From Mycobacteriales bacterium (lineage in GTDB: Bacteria; Actinomycetota; Actinomycetes; JAFAQI01), in the NCBI GenBank assembly GCA_035547515.1, contig DASZUS010000045.1, forward strand, positions 97,156-161,155: a stretch of 64,000 bases of DNA, read 5' to 3'. The notes under the pieces were generated by a model. The model was not told the DNA's origin. It made no database searches and saw nothing but the letters and a program-made list of their open reading frames with translations. Below are positions 44,357 to 54,100 of the stretch, one piece after another (positions within the stretch are counted from its first letter, which is position 1; each line of letters opens with the position of its first letter). A program made the translations under genes and the position numbers.

Positions 44357-44769
44357 ATGTCCATAGTGCCGGGGACCAGCTCGGCGACCAGCTCCTTCAC
44401 CCGCCGGTCGATCTCGTCGCGGATCGGCCGGACGTCCTCGACTGCCAGTCCGGCGGGGTCAGTCAGCTGCCAGTCGAGGTAGCGCTTGCCGGGAAAGATC
44501 GGGCAGGCCTCGCCGCACCCCATCGTGATCACCACGTCGGCGGCTTCGACCGCGTCCCGCTCTAGCAACTTGGGGCGCGCGCCGGTCAGGTCGACGCCGA
44601 TCTCCCTCATGACCTCGACGACCGCAGGGTTCAGCTCGCCGGCGGGCGCCGACCCAGCGCTGACGACATCGACCCGGCCCGCCGCGTGGCGCTCCAGCAG
44701 CGCCGCGGCCATCTGGGATCGCCCGGCGTTGTGCACGCAGACGAACAGCACCCGCGGCCGGTCAGGCAC
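44353..44769 (-). CDS. arsC: Arsenate reductase (LMW-PTP type)
   Basis: Start set at the GTG at 44769, overlapping the aquaporin stop. P-loop CVHNAGRS (CX5R) and ITMGCGEACP. Confidence 0.85.
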   Translation of the reverse strand: MPDRPRVLFVCVHNAGRSQMAAALLERHAAGRVDVVSAGSAPAGELNPAVVEVMREIGVDLTGARPKLLERDAVEAADVVITMGCGEACPIFPGKRYLDWQLTDPAGLAVEDVRPIRDEIDRRVKELVAELVPGTMDM

Positions 44770-45490
44770 GAACGCTCCGATCGACGTGCGGGACCACGAT
44801 CTCGTCGGCGACGGTCTCCGCACTCGGGTAGAGCAGTGCCAGCAGACCAAGGCCGAGTACGGCGCCGACCAGCTGAGCGGCGACGAAACCTGGGACCGAG
44901 ACGGGGGCGATGCCCGCGAAGGTGTTGGTGAAGGCGCGACCGATGGTGACCGCCGGGTTGGCGAACGAGGTCGAGGAAGTGAAGAAGTACGCGCCGCCGA
45001 TGTAGGCCCCGACCGCCCACGGCGTCTGGCTGGTCTTGTCGGACTTGGCGAGCGCGAAGATCACGAGCAACAGGCCCACTGTCGCGACGGCCTCGCCGAG
45101 CCAGAGATGCGGGCTGCTGCGGTGGTGCTGGGACCAGGAGACGATCGGCTCGGCGAACATGCCGTCTGCGAGCATCGCGCCGCCGACTGCCCCGACGCTC
45201 TGCGCGACCGCGTAGCCGACAAGCTCGCGCCCGGCCAGTCCACGCCCGCTCCGGCGCGCGAGCCAGAAGTCGGCGAGTGAGACAACCGGGTTGAAGTGCG
45301 CTCCGCTGAGCGGTCCGAACACCAGGATCAAGATCGCCAGCGCCGCGGCCGTCGCTAACGCGTTCTCGAGCAGCTGCAGGCCGGCATCGCTGCTCAACGT
45401 CTGCGCGGCGATGCCCGACCCGACGACCGCCATCACGAGCAGGCCGGTCCCGAGGAACTCCGCCAGCAGCCGCCTCGCGTACGGGTTCAT
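44762..45490 (-). CDS. MIP-family aquaglyceroporin (putative arsenite channel)
   Basis: Start at MNPYARRLLAEFLGT. Two half-helix motifs, HFNPVVSLA and ANPAVTIGR. Its start shares one base with the arsR stop (TGATG). Confidence 0.85.
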   Translation of the reverse strand: MNPYARRLLAEFLGTGLLVMAVVGSGIAAQTLSSDAGLQLLENALATAAALAILILVFGPLSGAHFNPVVSLADFWLARRSGRGLAGRELVGYAVAQSVGAVGGAMLADGMFAEPIVSWSQHHRSSPHLWLGEAVATVGLLLVIFALAKSDKTSQTPWAVGAYIGGAYFFTSSTSFANPAVTIGRAFTNTFAGIAPVSVPGFVAAQLVGAVLGLGLLALLYPSAETVADEIVVPHVDRSVRA

Positions 45491-45843
45491 CAGGCGGTGA
45501 CGCGGTCGGTGAAGAGGTTGCCGACCGCCTCCAGGGCGCCGCGCTCGGCGCGATACCAGACCCAGGTGCCGCGGCGTTCGCAATCCACGAGGCCGGCATC
45601 GCGCAGCACCTTCAGGTGGTGGGAGATGGTCGGCTGCGACACGTCGAACGGGGACGTCAGGTCACAGACGCAGGCCTCGTCAGTAGCCGCGATCAGCGAC
45701 ATCAGACGCAACCTGGTCGGGTCGGCGAGCGCCTTGAGCAGCCCGGCGATCTTGTCTGCTTGCTCGGCACTCATCGGCTCGACGCCGATCGGCGCGCAGC
45801 AACCCAGCACGTCCTCACCGCGCTCGGCTTTCAACTTCGACAT
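45490..45843 (-). CDS. arsR: ArsR/SmtB-family metalloregulator
   Basis: Start at MSKLKAERG. Motifs LADPTRLRLMSLI, CVCDL and QPTISHHLKVL. Confidence 0.87.
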   Translation of the reverse strand: MSKLKAERGEDVLGCCAPIGVEPMSAEQADKIAGLLKALADPTRLRLMSLIAATDEACVCDLTSPFDVSQPTISHHLKVLRDAGLVDCERRGTWVWYRAERGALEAVGNLFTDRVTA

Positions 45844-45852
45844 CCGTCTATG

Positions 45853-45914
45853 TTGACAGAAGTCGATACAGCCGGCAAGGTTGTGCAACAGCTTGATTCG
45901 ACAGATATCGATAC
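45853..45914. promoter_or_regulatory. Divergent ars promoter region with two 17-bp repeat boxes (putative ArsR operators)
   Basis: TTGACAGAAGTCGATAC (45853-45869) and TCGACAGATATCGATAC (45898-45914) share 14 of 17 positions. Each has a TCGA...TCGA dyad. They lie between arsR and the divergent VOC gene. Confidence 0.5.
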
Positions 45915-45930
45915 GATTTTCGGGAGCACC

Positions 45931-46437
45931 ATGTCGCGAGTCCAGCTCGCCCTCAACGTCGACGACCTCGAGCAGGCAATCGACTTCTACAGCACGCTCT
46001 TCGGTACGACGCCGGCCAAGCGGCGCCCGGGCTACGCCAACTTCGCGATCGCCGAGCCGCCGTTGAAGCTCGTCCTGCTGGAGAACCCCGGCAGCGGTGG
46101 CACGCTCAACCACCTGGGTGTCGAGGTGGACAGCTCCGACGCCGTCGAGCAGCATCAGCAGCGCCTTGCCGACCACGGCCTCGTGGCAGGCAAGGAGTCA
46201 AGCGTCGACTGCTGCTACGCGGTCCAGGACAAGTTCTGGGTCACCGCCCCCGACGGGGAGCAGTGGGAGCACTACGTCGTGCTTGCCGACTCCCACGCCG
46301 AGCTCGAAGGCAACACCGACATCTCGCTGTCGATGGTCGACGGCGACGCCACCTGCTGCGCCAGCACCGTCGCTCAGGTGATGCCTGCTGCCGGCCAGGG
46401 GTCGGCCGGCAAGGTCTCCGGCGCGCCGAGCAGGTAG
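45931..46437 (+). CDS. ArsI/CadI-type VOC (glyoxalase-fold) protein
   Basis: Start at the ATG at 45931 (MSRVQLALNVDDLEQAIDFY). Motif LNHLGVEV and a Cys-rich tail (DCCYA, TCCAS). The 3' end overlaps the convergent gene by 64 nt. Confidence 0.72.
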   Translation: MSRVQLALNVDDLEQAIDFYSTLFGTTPAKRRPGYANFAIAEPPLKLVLLENPGSGGTLNHLGVEVDSSDAVEQHQQRLADHGLVAGKESSVDCCYAVQDKFWVTAPDGEQWEHYVVLADSHAELEGNTDISLSMVDGDATCCASTVAQVMPAAGQGSAGKVSGAPSR

Positions 46438-47156
46438 ACGACCAGGACGGCGACGATCGTCTGGGCCGCGAGGATTGCCGCCAGCACGACGAGCTGGAAC
46501 CGCGCGGCCTGGATCGGGTTCGCACCGCCGAGCAACGCGCCGATGAACGCGCCGGGCAGGGTGACGACCCCGGTCGTACGGGTCTGGTCGATGGCCGGCA
46601 CGAGGGCTTCCGCGGCAGCGCGGCGGCCGATGTCGCGGATCGCCTGGCGGGCAGTCGCGCCGATCGACAGCCACGCCTCGACCTCGTCGCGGCGCGAGAT
46701 CAGCCCCGACAGCAGGTTCCTTCCCGACAGGGTGGCGGCAGTCATCGTGTTGCCGATCACGATGCCGCTCAGCGCGACCACGTAGCGCGCGCTGAAGGGA
46801 AGCACGCCGAGCGCGAAGACGACGCCGAGCGCGACAACAGACCCGCAGACACACGCGATGACAGCGGCGCGCCGTCCGCCCTGGAGGCCGGCCAGCCGGT
46901 GTCCCGCGGTCCAGGTCGCGGTCGCCAGCATGACGACGATCACCGCGGCAGCTGTCGGCGGCGCGGACAGCACGCCGCGCAGCGCGAGGCCGACCGCGGC
47001 CAGCTGGATCGTGCCGCGGAGGATCGCCAGCAGCGGCGCCCAGCGCAGCGGCACCTGCGCCGTACGCAGCACGGCGTACGTCACCGCCAGCAGGACGGCG
47101 ACGCCGACGCCGAGGTGGATGAGCTGGCTACCGGTGATCGACCCAGCAGCGGTCAC
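46374..47156 (-). CDS. UPF0014/FetB(YbbM)-like ABC-type permease, no adjacent ATPase
   Basis: 260 aa, polytopic. IGNTMTAATL...EAWLSIGAT..QA...RRAA..ALVPAID resembles the YbbM/FetB family. Confidence 0.7.
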   Translation of the reverse strand: MTAAGSITGSQLIHLGVGVAVLLAVTYAVLRTAQVPLRWAPLLAILRGTIQLAAVGLALRGVLSAPPTAAAVIVVMLATATWTAGHRLAGLQGGRRAAVIACVCGSVVALGVVFALGVLPFSARYVVALSGIVIGNTMTAATLSGRNLLSGLISRRDEVEAWLSIGATARQAIRDIGRRAAAEALVPAIDQTRTTGVVTLPGAFIGALLGGANPIQAARFQLVVLAAILAAQTIVAVLVVYLLGAPETLPADPWPAAGIT

Positions 47157-47216
47157 GGGGTCAGCATGCCGTCAGGACGTGATCACGGCGAGAACCGGTG
47201 CCTCCCGACAGGTCTG

Positions 47217-48161
47217 CTAGCCGGGCTCGGCCGCCAGCTCGTCCGTGCCGTGCACGCCAAGGCGCGAGGCCTGGTGAGCAGCCTCGGCGTGCGGGTGGAC
47301 CGCCGCGGGCGAGTCCGGGTCGCGCTCGCGTCGCGCCAGGACGGTGACGAGGCCCGTCATGACGATCGCCAAGCTGCCCCACACGATGAAGCGATAGACG
47401 CCGAGCCCGCCGGCGTTGCGCGGGTAGTCGAACCAGTCCGCGAACGACGCGCCGAGCGGTCGGGTCAGCACGTAGGCGCACCAGAAGGTCGTGATCGGGC
47501 TGGCGCCGAGGCGGTAGGCGATCGCAGGCAGCGTGATCGCTCCGCAGAACAGCATGGCGGAGCTGAAGAAGCCGAGGTGCAGGCTCGTGGCAGTCCAGTC
47601 ACCAGTCGCGGTGCCCAGCGCGAACGTCGCGAGGACGGTCGACCAGTAGAAGTGCTCGCGGCGTCGCGTGTCGATGCTGTGGATCGACAGCGTGCGCTCG
47701 TTGGCCCACCAGCGCCAGAACACCAGCCCGAGCACGATCGCGTAGAAGATCGTGACCAGCCAGTACGGCGCACCGAAGAACTGGTGCGGCGCGTCGGCTG
47801 CCATCGTGCCGAACGTCGCCACCATGGCGATCGCAAACCAGTAGACGCCGGTGGTGTAGCGGGTGGTCCGGAACTGCCAGCGCAGGGCCACGACGAACGC
47901 GACCAGTGCCAGCACCGAGCCGGCTCCCGCCGCGATCAGGTTGCTCGGGCCATCGAGAAAGTCCGCGAGCGCCTCGCCCATCGCCGTGCTGCAGATCTTG
48001 ATCGCCCAGAACAGCAAGGTGATCTCGGGCACCTTGATGGCCAGCGGCGTCACCCCTTTGGTGTCGACCAGCCGGCCAAGAGCACGCGTGAAGCGATATC
48101 GCACGAGAGACCTCGAATAGCGAGAGGGAGGGTGGCCTGCGCGGCTTGACGCACGCGCCAT
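47217..48161 (-). CDS. Polytopic membrane protein (COG4705-like), function unknown
   Basis: The hydrophobic core begins KVPEITLLFWAIKICSTAMGEALADF. Start uncertain (ATG at 48161 chosen). Confidence 0.55.
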   Translation of the reverse strand: MARASSRAGHPPSRYSRSLVRYRFTRALGRLVDTKGVTPLAIKVPEITLLFWAIKICSTAMGEALADFLDGPSNLIAAGAGSVLALVAFVVALRWQFRTTRYTTGVYWFAIAMVATFGTMAADAPHQFFGAPYWLVTIFYAIVLGLVFWRWWANERTLSIHSIDTRRREHFYWSTVLATFALGTATGDWTATSLHLGFFSSAMLFCGAITLPAIAYRLGASPITTFWCAYVLTRPLGASFADWFDYPRNAGGLGVYRFIVWGSLAIVMTGLVTVLARRERDPDSPAAVHPHAEAAHQASRLGVHGTDELAAEPG

Positions 48162-48335
48162 CGGACTCCAGAAGGGTACGGGCGAAGCGCAGCCGGAAGC
48201 GTCAACCAAAGGTCGTATCTGGGCCGTCGGCGTTCATCCGGGCGACCGAGGAGAAAGCCGCCACGGGTGTGATCGGCTCGGGCCGATGAACTGTGCTCGA
48301 CCGCCGTACCCGGCAAGCTCTGCAACGCTAGATGC

Positions 48336-49562
48336 GTGACGGGCCGCGCCGTGCAGAGTGACCAGCTCGAGACCGGTCTCTGGCATCCGCTGGACGCGCT
48401 CGCCCGGTTCTCACACCGCCGGCCGCTGCTGTTCGACATCTCCCTGGCGCTGATCGTCGACGTCGTGGCATCAGGCCAGCTGCTGGTCGGCGGCGAGAGC
48501 CGGTGGTGGGTGTGGCTGCTGGGTCAGTTGCTCGTGCTGCCACTGGTCGCCCGCCGGCGCAACCCGATGGTGGTGTTCGGGCTGCTGGCGGTGATCGCGT
48601 TCGTCCAGTGGCTGACGCACGTCCCGCTCGCCGCCGACGCGGGCCTGCTGGTCGCCCTGTACACGGTTGCCGCGCGCGAGTCGCAGCTGCGGGCGCTGGG
48701 GGCGGCCGGCGTACTCGAGATCGGGGTCGTGCTCGCCTCGGTGCGCTTCGCACCCGCGAGGGACGGCCTGCTCGGGTCGCTGGCGTTCCTGACCGGCATG
48801 GTCTGTGCGGCCTTATTCGGCGGCATCGCGTTGAGCACCCACCGCGCCTACCTGGCGTCGTTGATGGACCGCACCCGCCAACTCGAGCTCGAACGCGACC
48901 AGCAGGCCCAGCTCGCGGCGACCGCCGAACGCACGCGGATCGCCCGCGAGATGCACGACATCGTCGCCCACAGCCTCTCGGTGATGGTCGCGCTCGCGGA
49001 CGGCGCAGGGTTGAGCAACCGCGACGGGTCGCCGGAGTCGACCGAGGCGATGCGGAAGGTCTCCGAGACCGGCCGGGAGGCGCTCGGCGAGATGCGCCGT
49101 CTCCTCGGTGTCTTGCGTGACGGCGCCGGCGCAGTTGGGCGGGCGCCGCAACCGAGCCTGGACCTGCTCCCCGACCTCGTCGATCAGGTCCGGGCGGCGG
49201 GACTGCCGGTCGAGCTCCACACCCTCGGCAAGCCAAGACCGCTTCCCGCGACGGCGGAGGCCACGGCGTACCGGATCGTGCAGGAGGGGTTGACCAACAC
49301 GCTGAAGCACGCCGTGGACCCGACCGCTGTCTCGTTGACCGTGCGCTGGTCCGAGGCTGAGCTCTGCATCGAGATCACTGATGACGGCCGGGCACCGCAG
49401 ACGAGTGCGACCACGGGTCACGGGATCACCGGCATGGCGGAACGAGCGGCGCTGTTCGGCGGGTCGCTGTCCGCGGGCCCGCTCGGGCAGAGCGGATGGC
49501 AGGTCACCGCGGTCTTGCCGCTGCAACGCAGTGACCTCGATCGGTCGGGGTCCAGGCGGTGA
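48336..49562 (+). CDS. Sensor histidine kinase, HisKA_3 (NarL-partner) type, intramembrane-sensing architecture
   Basis: 408 aa. Multiple N-terminal TM helices without a large loop. H-box REMHDIVAHSLS. Confidence 0.85.
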   Translation: MTGRAVQSDQLETGLWHPLDALARFSHRRPLLFDISLALIVDVVASGQLLVGGESRWWVWLLGQLLVLPLVARRRNPMVVFGLLAVIAFVQWLTHVPLAADAGLLVALYTVAARESQLRALGAAGVLEIGVVLASVRFAPARDGLLGSLAFLTGMVCAALFGGIALSTHRAYLASLMDRTRQLELERDQQAQLAATAERTRIAREMHDIVAHSLSVMVALADGAGLSNRDGSPESTEAMRKVSETGREALGEMRRLLGVLRDGAGAVGRAPQPSLDLLPDLVDQVRAAGLPVELHTLGKPRPLPATAEATAYRIVQEGLTNTLKHAVDPTAVSLTVRWSEAELCIEITDDGRAPQTSATTGHGITGMAERAALFGGSLSAGPLGQSGWQVTAVLPLQRSDLDRSGSRR

Positions 49563-50263
49563 GCATCTCCGTGCTCCTGGTCGACGACCAGCCGTTGCTG
49601 CGTACCGGGTTCCGGATGGTCCTTCACGCCACGGACGACATCAAGGTGGTGGGCGAGGCCGCGGATGGGTCGGCGGCGGTGCGAGAGGTCGGCCGGCACC
49701 GCCCGGACGTCGTACTGATGGATGTCCGGATGCCAGGCCTCGACGGCATCGAGGCGACCCGCCAGATCGTGGCGTCAGGCTCGCCGTCGAAGGTGCTGAT
49801 CCTCACGACGTTCGACCTCGACGAGTACGCGTTCGCCGGGCTGCGCGCCGGCGCCAGCGGGTTCCTGCTCAAAGACGTGCCGCCCGGTGAGCTTGTCGCG
49901 GCGATCCGCGCCGTCGCAAACGGTGACGCGGTGGTGTCGCCGCGGATCACCCGGGAGCTTCTCGACCGCTACGCCGCCCGGCTGCCCGACCCTTCGACCG
50001 CCCCGGATCGCGAGGTCCACCCGATCGTCGCCGCGCTGACGGACCGCGAGGTCGAGGTGGTGCTGGCGCTGTCCCGCGGGCTGTCCAACGCGGAGATCGC
50101 TCGAGAGCTCGGCCTTTCGCAGGCGACCGTGAAGACACATGTGACGCGGATCCTGGCGAAGCTGAACCTTCGGGACCGGGTGCAGCTCGTGGTGCTGGCC
50201 TACGAGCAGCGCCTGGTCGAACCTGGCCGACCCGCGCGCGACGACGTACATCGGAAGTCGTAA
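49559..50263 (+). CDS. NarL/LuxR-family response regulator
   Basis: 234 aa. Motifs VLLVDDQPL, DVVLMDVRMPG and LSNAEIARELGLSQATVKTHV. Its GTG start overlaps the kinase stop. Confidence 0.92.
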   Translation: MSISVLLVDDQPLLRTGFRMVLHATDDIKVVGEAADGSAAVREVGRHRPDVVLMDVRMPGLDGIEATRQIVASGSPSKVLILTTFDLDEYAFAGLRAGASGFLLKDVPPGELVAAIRAVANGDAVVSPRITRELLDRYAARLPDPSTAPDREVHPIVAALTDREVEVVLALSRGLSNAEIARELGLSQATVKTHVTRILAKLNLRDRVQLVVLAYEQRLVEPGRPARDDVHRKS

Positions 50264-50366
50264 TCACGACAACCTGCGTGCGACCGACGGACGACCCAGC
50301 GCAAGATCCTCACCCGTAGGGTCGGTCTTTCGAAGACTGCGACGGTCACCTTTCTTTGGAGGTTCG

Positions 50367-50963
50367 TTGACCGGCCACAACAGCCCGGTGAGCTCGGGGA
50401 CTGCGCTCGGCCTCAGCACGATCAACGGGCTGCCCGCTCACGTGCTGCTCGTCCACCTCGTCGTGGTGTTCGTACCGCTGTCCGGCATAGTCCTGATCGT
50501 CGCCGCAGTTCGCGACAGCGCTGCTCGGCGTCTGGGCATCTGGCTTCCGCTGCTTGCGGCGGTGGCGTTCCTGTCCGTGCTCGCGGCGATGAACGCGGGT
50601 GGCTGGCTGCAGAGCCACGTGGCCAACACCGCGCTGGTCCGCAAGCACACTCAGATCGCAGGGCAGCTCTGGCCGTTCTCCGCTGCGGTCCTGCTGCTTG
50701 CGCTGGTGGTCTGGTGGCGGCGCGGGCGCACGCAGAACATGGGGGCCGATGCGCCCGCTGACGCCGCCCGGTCCGGCTGGCGAGCCCTCGCTCCGCTCGA
50801 TGCCGTCGTCCTCGTGGCGTGTGTGGTGATTGCGGCGGGGTCGATCGTCGAGGTGTACCGGATCGGCGACTCCGGCTCACGCGCCGCCTGGCACAACCAC
50901 TTCAGCGCCGCAGCGACCGCAGAGCGGCCAATCGCTCACGCGGCTCTTGGCCGGAATGACTAG
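50367..50963 (+). CDS. DUF2231-like membrane protein
   Basis: 198 aa. TTG start with GGAGG 5 nt upstream. N-terminus GLPAHVLLVHLVVVFVPL is typical of DUF2231. Confidence 0.65.
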   Translation: MTGHNSPVSSGTALGLSTINGLPAHVLLVHLVVVFVPLSGIVLIVAAVRDSAARRLGIWLPLLAAVAFLSVLAAMNAGGWLQSHVANTALVRKHTQIAGQLWPFSAAVLLLALVVWWRRGRTQNMGADAPADAARSGWRALAPLDAVVLVACVVIAAGSIVEVYRIGDSGSRAAWHNHFSAAATAERPIAHAALGRND

Positions 50964-51149
50964 GGACGAACTACCCGAGATCGCTATGGATCGATCTCGC
51001 TGGCCGACGCACGATGTGTCCGCGACATTCCGTATTGGGACTTTCGGGCGTCCTGCTCGACGGGTTCCGAGTTCGGTAGCGACGGCACCTACACGGTGAC
51101 GGGCTCCGGCTGAGCGTCGCTTTCGCGTCGTTCTGCTGGAGGATTTTCC

Positions 51150-54100
51150 ATGGCTCGCTCGGCTCGTCCTGTCTTGCGCGCCTTCCGCGCGTCCGCGGTC
51201 GCGTTGTCGGTGTCGCTACTCACCTACGGGCTGGTCGCGCTGCCTGCGCAGCCTGCGAGCGCTGCGTCTTCGGCGACGGACGTGTCGTCGCGTCCCGACG
51301 CGGTCTCGGCCGCGCTGTCCGCTCGCCTCGAGGGTCATCGGGTGGCGATCACCGATGACGAGACCGACTCATCGACGACCTACGCGAACCCGGACGGCAC
51401 GTTCACGACGGAGACGAGCCAGGGCCCGGTGCGGGTGGCGCAGCCTGGTGGCGGTTTCGCCCCGCTGAACCTGACGCTCACCCAGAACGCGAACGGCTCC
51501 TACTCGCCGACTACCGCGGCGGCGCCGTTCACCCTCGACAACGGCGGCTCGACGACCGCGGCGACGCTGCCGGAGGCATCTGGCCGCTCGGTTGGCGTGG
51601 GCTGGACCTCGAAGCTGCCTGCCCCGACGGTGTCGGGTGGTACCGCGAGCTATGCGATCTCGAGCACCGAGAAGCTCGTCGTCGCCGCGACGTCGGAGGG
51701 CTTCACCGCGGACGTGGTGCTGACCGCGCCGCCGACGTCGTCGAGCTTCACGGTGACGTTGCCGTTGAGCCTGGCGAAGCTGACCGCGACCCAGGCCGCT
51801 AACGGCACGGTGAGCTTGCAGGACGCTGCCGGTGACACGGTCGCCAGTGCGCATCAGTTCGCGATGTGGGACGCCAGCGCCGGCACGACGCCGTTTCCGG
51901 ACCAGGAGACGGCGGTGCCGACCAAGCTCTCCACCTCCGCGAGCGGCGCACCCGAACTGGTGCTGTCCCCGTCGATGAGCTTCCTGGACAGTCCCTCGAC
52001 GCAGTACCCGGTGACGATCGACCCGAGCATCGGATCCCTCGCCCGCACCGGAAGCACGTTCTGGTACACCAACAACACCAGCCCGCAGGCGGGGAACTAC
52101 GAGCTGATCGTCGGCCCGAACACCAGCGGCTCGGTCGCGTACCGGTCGTTCGTGAACTTCAACGCGAACCCGATCATGGCCTCCCACGTCACCAACGCCA
52201 ACCTGAGCCTCTACCAGATCTACGCCGCGTCCTGCTCGGCGCAGTCGATGACCGCCTACGCCTCCTCGGCGGTCGCGAACTCCAGCACCGTGTGGTCCAA
52301 CGCTCCGGGCAAGAACACCAGCTACAGCGACGCGGTGTCTTCCAACACGGCCGGCCCGAGTTGTAGCCCGGCGCAGCCGTATGGGTCGGAGTCGATCCCG
52401 GTCACCAACATCCTCAACGCCTGGAGCAACGGCACGATCGCCGCCAAGGGCATCCAGCTGTGGGCAACCAGTGAGACGAACACCGCCGCAGGCAAGATCT
52501 TCTGCTCAGAGGTCGTCACCGCCGGCACCACCTGCAACAACTCCGCCTATGAGCCGACCCTGTCAGTGACCTATGACGACTACCCGCAGGTCGCTACCCA
52601 CCTTTCGGCCGAGCCGAGCTCGATCGGGTCCACCGGCAAGACGTACACGACGTCTCTGACTCCCACGCTGCAGGCACTCTCCACGGACCCCGACGGCAGC
52701 AGCAACTATGTTGAGTTCCAGGTCCTTCACGACCCGAGCTACCCGAGCGAAGGCACCGGCAGCGTCTGGACTGGCTACTCACCACTCACCCCGCAAGGCG
52801 CCTCTGCATCGATCAATGTGCCATCCGGACAGCTCGTCAACGGTTACCACTACGAGTGGGAAGCCATCGGCTACGTCCAGAACAGCCTCGGCGGCTACGA
52901 CTTCGCCCCCACCTGGTCGACCATGCAGTACCTCGCCGTCGATAGCAACATCCCCCCGACACCCACTGTCAGCTGCACCGCGTTCCCGTTCGGCTCGTGG
53001 ACCAACGCAAGCCCCGCTGGTGCGACCTGCACCGCGTCGGACTCAGCGGTGGATCTGTCCGGCTTCTATTACTCCTTTGACAACCCCGACCCCGAAACGC
53101 CGGTCACTCAGAGTTCCGGGTCCGCCACCATCACGATGCCCTCCGGCGGCAACACGCTCAGCAACGGAATGCACACGCTGTATGTGCAGGCCTACAACAT
53201 CGCCTACAGCCGATCCGCCACGATCACCCAGTACAGTTTCGGGATCGGCGTCGGCGGTTTGAGTTCGCCAAGCAACGGCCAGACCACCCAGCAGGCCGTC
53301 GTGCTCACCACGACCGCTGCGCCCGCCGAGACCGGCGTCACGTTCAGCTACCGCCAAGGCACTACTGGCACCTGGATCACCGTTCCTACCAGCGACGTGA
53401 CGATCCCTGGCACCAGCACCAACCCCACCTGGCCGCAGGCTATAAGCGGTGGGACCTCCACCCCGCTTGACTGGGATGTAGCCCAAACCATTGCCAACGC
53501 AGGCGGCTCCGACGGACCTCTTCAACTAGAAGCATGCTTCAACCACAGTGGCACGCAGGACGGGTGTTCGGGAAGTACCAATCTCAGCCTGGCGCAGACT
53601 GCGTTTGGCGACAGCCAAGCGACTACCAATGTCGGCCCCGGTTCCTTGTCACTCCTCACGGGGGATCTCGACGTACCGGCGACCGACGTCAACGTCAGCA
53701 GCGTCGGTGGTGGACTTTCCCTCGGACGAGACCTCACCACCTTGGCGCCGTCGACCAGCGACACGGGAGCCGACGGAATCTTTGGGCCCGCATGGAGCGC
53801 CGATCTACCTTCGCCGACAGACGGCTACGCGACTGATTCCCTATTCATGGCTCACGATCTCGGGTACGCGACGTTGACAGGTCCCGACGGCACCGTGTTC
53901 GACTACATCACCCCGAGCACGGGCTACCCGTACGTCTTTACCGGCGAGAGCTCAGCTGACGACGGATCTATCCTTACGCAGCCCTCGATTGACGCTGCCA
54001 ACATCACCGAGTCGGACGGGAGCGTTACGAGTTGGACGCGTAGCGCTGTCGGCTCGCCCTGGGAACTTGCGTCGGTGGTGGTAGCAGGGTCCAACAGCAC

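Noticed and set aside
50900-51150. Looked for a direct repeat of the tRNA-Ala 3' end (attL/attR) at the left edge of the RHS islet
   Set aside because: No copy of the ggattcgaacc/tggtggagc segment was found by eye. Only an unrelated 8-bp-stem hairpin (cgagatcg...cgatctcg, about 50976-51001) is present, so no integration-site claim is made.
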